Translations under genes and position numbers: made by a program
The notes under the pieces: generated by a model
What the model saw: only the letters and a program-made list of their open reading frames with translations
Databases searched by the model: none
Told to the model about the DNA's origin: nothing
Assembly (NCBI GenBank): GCA_964581595.1
Contig: CAZOPB010000004.1
Span: 12,018 to 76,017 of the forward strand
From: an uncultured Candidatus Saccharibacteria bacterium
GTDB taxonomy: Bacteria > Patescibacteriota > Saccharimonadia > Saccharimonadales > Saccharimonadaceae
Direction of reading: 5' to 3'
DNA length: 64,000 nucleotides
In this document: one piece after another, positions 34,080 through 42,510 of the stretch
Layout of the letters: every line of letters begins with the position of its first letter
Numbering within the stretch: position 1 is the stretch's first letter

Positions 34080-35618
34080 TTAGCGGGCGACGCAACGGAT
34101 CGGCTGCCCCACGTAATTATAATTTGCAGTACTGTTTAAGTACGCTAAGACCACTTGGCTATTAGTGAAGTACATCGTGTACCTGAAGTTTCCACTGCTA
34201 TTTCCAGTTTGATAATTCCCCACTGAATTAACATCACTTAAAATATTCGATTTACTAGGGTTAGTATATCCAACCGGTAAGAAATATAGTGGGTCTTGCC
34301 TAATATTATATTCACCGGATGAGGGGATTTTTATCAGACTATATTGATTGAGCAGATATCCAAAACCTTTATTAACTACTACTGAGGCATCATCTCGTAC
34401 TGGTAGCTGCCACCCTTTAGGGCAGATACTACTACCTCCTTGTGTGCCGGCAGTTGCTGCTCCGAAGCTATAATAATTCCCAACCATATAGTGGGCGTTA
34501 TACATATGGGCAGACTCGTCTACTGCTACAGTAAAGCTTGGGTCGTTCGATGAGTTCCAAATTCCATTCAGAACATTCAGCCAGACACCGCAGCCTTTTA
34601 TTTCTGTACAATTGCTAGTAGTTAACGGTTCAGTATTAATATAGTATCCAGGATCATAAGATTGTACCGCCCCATAGGTTAGCTGAAAATTTAGTTCCTT
34701 CTGCGTAGTCGCAGGCGTCCATACGCCGGTAATATCAGTGTCAGCGCTAGTCAAATTGACGTCATCGTACAGATCTAAGTCTAGATTTTGCGTCATCCAA
34801 CAGTTACCATCCTTGAGTTTTGTAACCCAATAGACTTTCATATCTCGCGTATCTCGAAGTCTACCACTAGTGCCTTCTGCGGCCCCGCTACATACTGCAG
34901 AAGTCATGTTTTGCATATTCATGATACCGTTAAATCCAGTTGGCTCATCAAATATGGCCACTTCTTTTGCGCTAGCTACCGCACTTAGCAAGACATTGGT
35001 TGAATAATGTCCCGCTGTAGCATCTGTGCCAAACTTAGCCGCAAAGGCGAGATTGAAGTTCTTCTCTTCACTTACGGCATTAGTTGTATAAGCCGGATTC
35101 AGTACAGAACTGTTTTCTGGCACGGAAGTATAAGTTAGGTTTTCTACACTAGCACCAGTCGAATCTAGAGCGTATCCCCACTTATTATTCTCAAAATTTG
35201 TTACAGCGATATTATCACCTACGCCAGTAATCTCTGTATTGCCATTCCTGAGTACTGCCGAATTTCCCGGCGCAGCTTGAACATAGACTTTATAGCCATC
35301 GACGTTAGCCGCATTTACATTAACTGATGTTGTAATGTAATTTACTTCTCCAGCTTTGGCATCCGGCTTAGCCAGATTAGTACTGCCAACTGTTAATTTT
35401 AGTGAAGCATTATCAAGCGTAGCAGTATCAGCATAAGCAGACTCACTATTCGGTGTAAGCGGGCTGATACATAGCCCCATTACCAAAAGGAGAGCCAATG
35501 CGCACATGGCAGGAACAAGATAAGAATTCCATCGTTGTTTGTAGAAATAAGTACTTTTACTATGAAGCATAAAAGTGTTTAACTTTGGTTTCTTTTTTAT
35601 TCTTGCCGTGTGACGCAT
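34080..35618 (-). CDS. FISUMP-domain surface protein (signal anchor + beta-rich domain + FISUMP domain)
   Basis: AGGAGGG lies 6 nt before the ATG at 35618. The hydrophobic anchor is VPAMCALALLLVMGLCI. FISUMP motifs are NCWMTQNL, GNYYSFGAA, CPKGWQLP and PIRCVAR. Confidence 0.8.
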   Translation of the reverse strand: MRHTARIKKKPKLNTFMLHSKSTYFYKQRWNSYLVPAMCALALLLVMGLCISPLTPNSESAYADTATLDNASLKLTVGSTNLAKPDAKAGEVNYITTSVNVNAANVDGYKVYVQAAPGNSAVLRNGNTEITGVGDNIAVTNFENNKWGYALDSTGASVENLTYTSVPENSSVLNPAYTTNAVSEEKNFNLAFAAKFGTDATAGHYSTNVLLSAVASAKEVAIFDEPTGFNGIMNMQNMTSAVCSGAAEGTSGRLRDTRDMKVYWVTKLKDGNCWMTQNLDLDLYDDVNLTSADTDITGVWTPATTQKELNFQLTYGAVQSYDPGYYINTEPLTTSNCTEIKGCGVWLNVLNGIWNSSNDPSFTVAVDESAHMYNAHYMVGNYYSFGAATAGTQGGSSICPKGWQLPVRDDASVVVNKGFGYLLNQYSLIKIPSSGEYNIRQDPLYFLPVGYTNPSKSNILSDVNSVGNYQTGNSSGNFRYTMYFTNSQVVLAYLNSTANYNYVGQPIRCVAR

Positions 35619-35869
35619 TTGTTGGCCCTCCTTTTAGTTTAGTGAGTTCCGCTGCGGTCCGAGGCTCTGTATTTATTGTAAAAAACAAAAGCAGCACCGT
35701 AGCGGGTGTTGACTCCTAAATGCTGGCTTGTTGAAAACAAGTTTGCACACTACGATACTGCAGTTTGTACTCGTTTTCAACAAAAAATAGCTTCTTTTTT
35801 ACCAAGTCAGCAAATATTAATGTAGGAGTCAACACTTCCATTATAGCACAAAAACAAAGGCTTTGTGAA
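35619..35869 (-). promoter_or_regulatory. promoter and structured leader of about 215 nt for the 512-aa FISUMP gene
   Basis: On the minus strand: TTCACA (rc 35864-35869), 18 nt, TGcTATAAT (-10 = rc 35840-35845). There is a perfect 13-bp IR GTGTTGACTCCTA (35706-35718 / 35823-35835) and a nested perfect 11-bp IR TTGTTGAAAAC (35728-35738 / 35773-35783). A block shared with the 454-aa paralog leader lies at 35682-35712. Confidence 0.65.
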
Positions 35870-35874
35870 GATTT

Positions 35875-36765
35875 TTAGTTAAGTAAATCTACAAATCTTA
35901 GAGGCTCGCCGAGCTCCCAGTCCATAATCTTAGCGTATTTACCGTTATGTTGATGGGGATTAAGCTTATCGCAACCGATACATCCTTTCCGGCAGCTCAT
36001 CGGGATGACATATTTAATGCCGTCCATCTGGAAAAGGTTCCACGAAATGATCTCAGCGATTTCTCTAAGCATAGAAAAATGACCGTTGGTCAGTTTTTTG
36101 GTCAAATCAATGGCTTGATCAGGAAATTTTGCATTCCAATAGTCAATAAAAGTATAGAGAAGATTTTCACGGGCAAGGAGGAGATTGTCGCCCTGCCATT
36201 CATAGCCATAGGAAGCGCAGTAGGCCTGCTTGGCCCACTCATACCAAGTCTCAGAATTATGGCAAAATCGCGATACGGCTTGCAATTTGCGGTCGAGAAA
36301 ACCAGTGCGACGCTCTAGTCTTAAGATTTTCTTGCCACTGACGACATTATATCTACTAACGATAAAAGGGGCTTCGCCGCAAGTAATCTCGAGACGCAAT
36401 TCCTGGACGTAGTCGTGCCAATTATTAGTATTAACCGGCCAATTTCCACTCTGCTGGTCGAGAGATTGATTCATGAAACTGACGACTGAGGGCGGAGTAA
36501 AAACCTCGGCTTTGTCGCGAGTGCGAGATTTTTGCTCGGTCTTGCTGCGGGTGATGCGCGGCTGAATGAGATTAATCTGCTCGCCGGTAACATCGTTTAG
36601 CTTAATCTCGGCTTTGGGTCTGTGTCCAGTATAGAAATCGGTCGCCCAGATGAGATGACGCGAAATCTCCTCTGTAGTGCGGGTACGGTCGAGCAAGAGA
36701 GTCGCCAGAATTTCCGGATGCTGGCGGAGAGCGTTCTCACTGGTCTCGGGAAGATTTGCCATCAT
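35875..36765 (-). CDS. hypothetical protein: degenerate gamma-MTase-like core with an N-terminal D-x9-ExK string and a C-terminal Cys3His2 cluster
   Basis: Its ATG directly abuts the TAA of the upstream 1342-aa gene. Motifs are TD-x9-EIK (aa 42-55), EVFTPPSVVSFM (87-98, MTase motif X-like), LEITCGEAPF (125-134, weak motif I), YGYEWQ (186-191), NGHF (227-230) where NPPY would be expected, and C258-x3-C-x2-C-x5-H-x-H273. Confidence 0.6.
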   Translation of the reverse strand: MMANLPETSENALRQHPEILATLLLDRTRTTEEISRHLIWATDFYTGHRPKAEIKLNDVTGEQINLIQPRITRSKTEQKSRTRDKAEVFTPPSVVSFMNQSLDQQSGNWPVNTNNWHDYVQELRLEITCGEAPFIVSRYNVVSGKKILRLERRTGFLDRKLQAVSRFCHNSETWYEWAKQAYCASYGYEWQGDNLLLARENLLYTFIDYWNAKFPDQAIDLTKKLTNGHFSMLREIAEIISWNLFQMDGIKYVIPMSCRKGCIGCDKLNPHQHNGKYAKIMDWELGEPLRFVDLLN

Positions 36766-39700
36766 TTAGAGCTTAATTCCTAGAAATTCCACTTCATTAG
36801 ACGTAAGATTATATTTATTACACAATGTTTTATCTATTTCATCAATAGATTTATTCCAATCGATATCGCTATTCGCAGAAAAATCTTGGTCGAGAATGAC
36901 GTCGCCAAAGGAAGCGCTACGATTCGGCTCTTGCAGGAGGAGGGCGGCGAAAAACTGAGTCCTAGTATACTTCACAAAATTATCGCACTCTGACTTATTG
37001 TTCGACATGAATAGCGCTAGGCGGCTACGACCGAAGGCGGAGCCTTTTGGTAGGATTTCAATCAGCTCGGCGGCGCGGTTTTGGACGTTATCAATAGAAG
37101 GTTTGCCGGAGACAAAAGTCTTCTTGGGATAGGCTGAAGCCATGACGACTTTATAGAGATCTAGGTATCCCTGCCCCTTAGGAATAGTGGATTCGTCGGT
37201 CCAGTAGCGTTTAGCGCGACCAGTGGAGCCGGATTTATCATTGGTTAGCAATAGGACAGGATTTGGCCAATCACTGCGCTCAAAAGAGACTAAGCCCGGA
37301 TTTTGCTCGACAAAGTTTGATTCAATGCCGAAAATTCCCTTTTTGATACGAGAGCACAGCTTAGGGCCGGAAAGTTTGCGATTAATCCTTACGAAGGCGG
37401 GGTTCGGGACGAGATTTTTCGCCTCACTAGTAATCACCCGCACAGAATCATCGCTATACATACGATTAGAGTAGCGAAAATCAGTGCGGGCCTTGCTCAA
37501 ATCGCGCAAGACAATGGCTACGCCCGCCGAGAGATCGGCGCCGCGGCCAAAAATCGGCTCAGGATCTTTATCCTTACGATACCAGGCGCGGCGATCAGCA
37601 GTACCTTCGAAAGCATCAATCGCCACGGTATGACCATCGCTGAGAATCTGCCGGCCAAAGCCACCGAGGCGCTCGGGAGAGTCGAACCAACCGCCAAAGG
37701 GATAAATTAGACAAGTATAATCTCCGAGCTGATCGGCGCTGCGCTGGAAATATTGATAAATCCAGTTGGAATTGCTTTGGGTCTGAGCAGCGGATTTGCT
37801 GACAGTTTCTTGGTAGGGCGGATTGCCGACGACGGCGGTGAATTTCATGTGGTCTCCTTCTATGTTAAATAATTCGTTAATTCTATAAGATAAATTGCGG
37901 CGTTTAGCATCTTTAGTAACGTCATATTCACGGAAATGCTCACGGCTAATAACTCGCTTCGAATCAAAACCAAAAATATAATTCGTCGTAATCGCGGCAA
38001 GAATGGGCGTAGGCGCGAGCCCGTAAACCTGATGTTCCAAAATATGACGAACGCAATCAGTGTCACTATAATATCGACTACGAGTTTGCTCAAAAATACG
38101 CTTAACAATCTCGGTAATGAACATGCCGGATTTCATGTATGGATCGAGGAAGGTATGTTCGGTACTCGCGAAGATGCCCGGCTGATGCCATTCTAGGCGG
38201 TCGATCATGGCTTTGACTACTGAGCGCGGAGTAAAAATTTGATTGGTGTGCTGCGGCAAGATAAAGCTAAAAATGTCATCCGTAGCGTCTTTTTGATAAT
38301 AATTGGCTAGTTGGACGCGGCGACGATTAAATTCCCGAATAGATTCATTGAATTTATCTTCATCAAATAATCCATTGAAATGCGCCGCTTTCGGCTTGCC
38401 ATCTTTATCAACAGTTTCATAATCCATGCCATCACGGAGTTTATAAAAATCTGCCTTGGTAATGCTAGTCAATTCCTCGAAAACATCTTCGGGAATATTG
38501 TCACCAAAATTACCCAAAGTAGTAGCCGGCGTGCCATAAGCCATGAGGAAGCTCGGAATAGTGCGCACAAAACCGCGGAGACGATCACGAACTTTTTCCT
38601 CGGCAGATTTCTGGCGGGGCGGGAGATTATCAATCGATAATTTAGCATGGTAATCTGGATCATCCGGAGTAGGCTCATTTGCGGGGAGCTTTGCGACTAG
38701 CTTCGGCAGGCGACGGCTAAGAGCGTCTTTTACAGCAGCGATAGATGCGGCAGAATAATTGGCGTGATGAGCGGCGGTAATAAATTCATCCATAATCGAT
38801 TCAACGGCATCACCTTCGCTAGTACCGATTTCGGCATATCTTTTATCGTCAAGTAAGCCATACGTAGTGGTGATGACGATATCTTCATTAATATGGAGCG
38901 TCTTGTCTTTATCGAGCCAAATACGTGGAGCGATAGCGAGGTCGGTCTTATGCTTACTGTCGCGTTCGACACTTTGGTCGGCTTTGGCTTCGTCGAGCTT
39001 ATTGATGATTGCACGAATTTCCTCGGGGCAGCCAAAAATCCCGCTAATATTCTTAAACAAGCGATTACTCATAAAGCCGCGATTGACGACTTCTGCGGCG
39101 ATGAGGCGGTTCGGAACCGTAAGGACTTCATGAGCGTCAAGATAATGCATGCGGCCTTCATCATCTTCGGCGATAACGGGGAGAAAATTGATCAATGCTT
39201 TTATCCTGTGCTCGCGAGAGATGCTAGATGTATCAGAGGTGCCAAAATCGGCGATTTCGGCTAAGATTTGAAGGATACGATCGGGAGCAAAATCAAAGAT
39301 GAAACAAGTTTTTTTCGTAAAATATTCGCCACCGGAAGTACAGACGCTAAAAGGATTTTGCGCGCGGAAAGCAGATTGCATGTAGAGGCTGGGTGATTTA
39401 CAATTATTGAGTATGAAAACCGCCGTCCAAGCCGGGATAGTAACCCCGGTAGTGAGCTGCCCGCAAGAAAGGGTAATCGTGCGCGTCTCGAGCGGGTGGA
39501 GACTCGCGTCGGGGCCATCAATACGGTGGCGGACTTCGCTAAGGGCGGTCCTAGTCAGGCGATCTTCGTCACCATTACCGGCGGCGAGGATAATATCTTC
39601 GGGCTGGTAATTAGCTCCAAAATAAACATCTTCGAGTAGAAGCTTCTTAAACTGCTCGCAGGCTTTGATGCCTGGGAGTAGCCAAAAAGTATGACGTAAA

Positions 39701-40794
39701 CTATCACGATAAGCCGCTTGACTAAAGGGATATTGATATTTAGGATTACTAAGGTTTTTAATAAAATCCCGGACGTGAGCTTCGTGGAGGAAATGCTCCT
39801 CACCGGCAATTTTGCCGACTCTGAAGAGTTCTGCCAGATCAAAGGCATATTCACTACCTTCAATCTGAGCTTCTCTAGTAGTGATACCGAGAATGCGCGG
39901 GAGCCGATAAGTAAAGATCTCCATACGCGGCAGACCAGCATAAGGATTTGACCTGGATTTGGAAGGCCAATTTTGCTTCATAGCCTGTTCGTCGGTGTAG
40001 GACCAGTTAAAAATCTGCTGGCTGGAAAATTTGTTATTAGCGATAGCCTTAAACGGCGTGCCAGAAAGGTGTAGAGTGAAGCGGCTCTTGACCTGCTCGA
40101 AGACTCGCAGAGCCTTTTTGGTATCAGCTCCTTCATGACTCTCATCAATGATGACAAGATCCCAGCCAGCAGGGTCAGAGCTTGGCTCAGAATTAGGCGC
40201 AGGATTCTGCCCGAGATTAAAAATCCAAGAGTTCTTTTGCTTAAAACCGGAAATATCGCGACCCTTAATATCTTGCAGGGAGATAAAATGGATGAAATTT
40301 TTGGCGACGAGATCAGGATCTTTAAGCTGCTGCTCGCGAGTATAAATATCGCTGGGGCTACCAAGGCGTTTTTTGACGGCGGCGGAACTAGTGAAGATCC
40401 AGCGGAATTTATCGTCAGCTTGGCCAGCGTCCGCGAAGTCAAAATCTTTGAAATTGCTATACCATGAATCGGCAATGGCCGGACGATTAGTGACAATAAG
40501 GACTTTACTGGCATGAAGCTGAGCGGCAAAGCTATAAGCGGTCAAAGTTTTACCGAAGCGAGGCTTGGCATTCCAGAGGAAAGTCGGCTGGAGACGAGAA
40601 TCATGCTGACACTTTGCGTAATAATCAAGGCTTTGCTGGATGGCGGAATTTTGCTCGTCGCGGAGAGCAAAATCAGTAATATAATCCGCCGAGGGCTTGG
40701 CTTTTGAGACCTTAAACGCTTTAAACATAGTAGAAGATACACTCCTAGACTTTGAATCTAGGAGATCATGAGCGGAATTCACGGTTTTTCGCAT
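36766..40794 (-). CDS. SF2 helicase / N6-adenine DNA methyltransferase (Eco57I-like gamma class) fusion protein with a TRD-sized C-terminal region
   Basis: Helicase motifs are PRFGKT (aa 78-83), IIDESH (215-220), LSGTPF (243-248) and QSAFRAQN (473-480). MTase motifs are QIFTPRSVV (852-860), FLDPYMKSGMF (882-892) and NPPY (991-994), followed by about 350 further aa. No nuclease motif is seen. GTGAGG SD lies upstream. Confidence 0.8.
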   Translation of the reverse strand: MRKTVNSAHDLLDSKSRSVSSTMFKAFKVSKAKPSADYITDFALRDEQNSAIQQSLDYYAKCQHDSRLQPTFLWNAKPRFGKTLTAYSFAAQLHASKVLIVTNRPAIADSWYSNFKDFDFADAGQADDKFRWIFTSSAAVKKRLGSPSDIYTREQQLKDPDLVAKNFIHFISLQDIKGRDISGFKQKNSWIFNLGQNPAPNSEPSSDPAGWDLVIIDESHEGADTKKALRVFEQVKSRFTLHLSGTPFKAIANNKFSSQQIFNWSYTDEQAMKQNWPSKSRSNPYAGLPRMEIFTYRLPRILGITTREAQIEGSEYAFDLAELFRVGKIAGEEHFLHEAHVRDFIKNLSNPKYQYPFSQAAYRDSLRHTFWLLPGIKACEQFKKLLLEDVYFGANYQPEDIILAAGNGDEDRLTRTALSEVRHRIDGPDASLHPLETRTITLSCGQLTTGVTIPAWTAVFILNNCKSPSLYMQSAFRAQNPFSVCTSGGEYFTKKTCFIFDFAPDRILQILAEIADFGTSDTSSISREHRIKALINFLPVIAEDDEGRMHYLDAHEVLTVPNRLIAAEVVNRGFMSNRLFKNISGIFGCPEEIRAIINKLDEAKADQSVERDSKHKTDLAIAPRIWLDKDKTLHINEDIVITTTYGLLDDKRYAEIGTSEGDAVESIMDEFITAAHHANYSAASIAAVKDALSRRLPKLVAKLPANEPTPDDPDYHAKLSIDNLPPRQKSAEEKVRDRLRGFVRTIPSFLMAYGTPATTLGNFGDNIPEDVFEELTSITKADFYKLRDGMDYETVDKDGKPKAAHFNGLFDEDKFNESIREFNRRRVQLANYYQKDATDDIFSFILPQHTNQIFTPRSVVKAMIDRLEWHQPGIFASTEHTFLDPYMKSGMFITEIVKRIFEQTRSRYYSDTDCVRHILEHQVYGLAPTPILAAITTNYIFGFDSKRVISREHFREYDVTKDAKRRNLSYRINELFNIEGDHMKFTAVVGNPPYQETVSKSAAQTQSNSNWIYQYFQRSADQLGDYTCLIYPFGGWFDSPERLGGFGRQILSDGHTVAIDAFEGTADRRAWYRKDKDPEPIFGRGADLSAGVAIVLRDLSKARTDFRYSNRMYSDDSVRVITSEAKNLVPNPAFVRINRKLSGPKLCSRIKKGIFGIESNFVEQNPGLVSFERSDWPNPVLLLTNDKSGSTGRAKRYWTDESTIPKGQGYLDLYKVVMASAYPKKTFVSGKPSIDNVQNRAAELIEILPKGSAFGRSRLALFMSNNKSECDNFVKYTRTQFFAALLLQEPNRSASFGDVILDQDFSANSDIDWNKSIDEIDKTLCNKYNLTSNEVEFLGIKL

Positions 40795-41140
40795 TAATTT
40801 TACCTCACTATCTTGATATATTATACCACAGCTCAGGAGATTTACGAAGAGAGGGGCGAAAAATGTCGTTTTTGGGCGTAAATTGACCGGATTTTATTAT
40901 ATTACAACATAATCATATTATTATGGCAAAATAGTTATGTTTTTATGATTTGGCGCTAGAGGGCATCTAGAAGGCCATGGTGAAGGTTTAGCTCAAAAAT
41001 GAATTTTTATACCTCTTATGCTTAATAGCGCTATTGCAGGGCTTCTACGCACGTTAAACAGGGGTGAGTTTTAATGCTTTTCACCTCCATATTTTCATTT
41101 GACTTCTCCATATGATTATTGTCTAATACAACCACTTTAC

Positions 41141-42499
41141 CTAGTTTTGCAATAATTTGGCCAGTTTTCCTCGCACGCCGCCTTCATCTGGAGCGCCTGC
41201 TAAGGTATCGAGGGCGACACGGAGTAATCCGAGCGCAGTCACATATGAATGGTCCAGAGTAACACTGGTCCGATTCTCAATTCCAGGGATATCTGACGAA
41301 TTGACTAGATGGATAACGGGGCGACGAGCGAAGGGTAGCTCCTTAAACCAATCAGTAGTACTGAGGACGTCTTGCAATTCGCCCAGTCCAGCACCACCAC
41401 CACAGAGCAGGATTTTATTAGGCAACATTTCGCTAAGTTTGAACTCTTCGAGGGTGATTTGCACGCCAGAGAGCCAGACGGCAAGATTGCGCTGGATAGC
41501 AAGCATCATTTTGTCGCGCATGTCGGCGGGGACTTTGGTCGGGTTATTGATGCTGAGCTTATAACTCTCGGCGGTATCAAAATCAACATTTAGGGCTTCG
41601 GCAATCTGGTGAGTGAAGCTGCGGCCGCCGATGCCAAACATCTTGGTACCCTCGACGCCACCATCATCAATTACGGCGATGTCGGTAGTGCCGCCACCAA
41701 TATCCATCACGATAGCCGAGAGATTGCCATCGAGATCATCACCGAGACAGGCCCGGCAGACCGCAAAAGGCTCAACCGCCACGGCTAATAGATCTAACTG
41801 CAGCTCTGCACAAACCTTCTCAATCGCGGAGATATGTACCAGCGGCGCAAAGGCAGTGTAAAATTGAATTACAACATCGGTACCCTTGAAGCCAATGGGA
41901 TTGGAAATCTTATAGCCATCGATCGTGATGCTGACGATCGCGGAATTGATTAATCTAACTTCGACATTGGGATTATTCGTCTCATCAGCAATGTCTTTGC
42001 GAGCCTGCTCGCCGGCGCGATCCTGGACACGTTTAATAATGAGCGACATTTCCTGCTCAGTGAGAGGCTTATTGCCATTCTTGCGACGATAGCGGACGGT
42101 ACTAGTATTACCCTTGATAAGCTCACCGGCAATACCGACGACGACAGTCTTACTGGTGACGCCAGCCATTTTTTCGGCTTGATCGAGGGCCTTTTCACAG
42201 ACTTCGACAACGGCCGGAATATCGGCGATGGCGCCAGCATACATATTACTAGCGCCTTGATGAGCCTTGCCGACGCCGATAATCTCGAGATCACCAGATT
42301 TAGGCTGCTTGGCAATGACGGCTTTGACAAATTCAGTACCAATGTCAAGAGACAGGATCGTATCTTCGCTGCTACGCTTAATATCGAGCTCAGAAGTGAC
42401 GTCTTTTGGAATTTCTTCAGCATTAGTGGAGCGGACTGCTTCGGCAGCAGCTTTGACTTTTGCTTTGGTTGCGCTAACTGTTTTAGAGAAAAAGCCCAT
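41141..42499 (-). CDS. ftsA: actin-like ATPase, cell-division protein FtsA-like
   Basis: LSLDIGTEFVKAVI (phosphate 1), an inserted SHS2/1C-like segment, VMDIGGGTTDIAVI (phosphate 2), ILLCGGGAGL and a C-terminal amphipathic tail GVRGKLAKLLQN are present. PilM cannot be strictly excluded. Confidence 0.65.
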   Translation of the reverse strand: MGFFSKTVSATKAKVKAAAEAVRSTNAEEIPKDVTSELDIKRSSEDTILSLDIGTEFVKAVIAKQPKSGDLEIIGVGKAHQGASNMYAGAIADIPAVVEVCEKALDQAEKMAGVTSKTVVVGIAGELIKGNTSTVRYRRKNGNKPLTEQEMSLIIKRVQDRAGEQARKDIADETNNPNVEVRLINSAIVSITIDGYKISNPIGFKGTDVVIQFYTAFAPLVHISAIEKVCAELQLDLLAVAVEPFAVCRACLGDDLDGNLSAIVMDIGGGTTDIAVIDDGGVEGTKMFGIGGRSFTHQIAEALNVDFDTAESYKLSINNPTKVPADMRDKMMLAIQRNLAVWLSGVQITLEEFKLSEMLPNKILLCGGGAGLGELQDVLSTTDWFKELPFARRPVIHLVNSSDIPGIENRTSVTLDHSYVTALGLLRVALDTLAGAPDEGGVRGKLAKLLQN

Positions 42500-42510
42500 A
42501 TTTTTACCTC

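Noticed and set aside
35706-35835. Invertible promoter (inverton) bounded by the 13-bp perfect IR upstream of the 512-aa FISUMP gene
   Set aside because: The best -35/-10 pair lies outside the IRs (35840-35869) and reads into them. I found no convincing promoter inside the 104-bp segment in either orientation, and no invertase or recombinase gene is present. A transcribed RNA hairpin fits better, but inversion cannot be excluded without read-level data.
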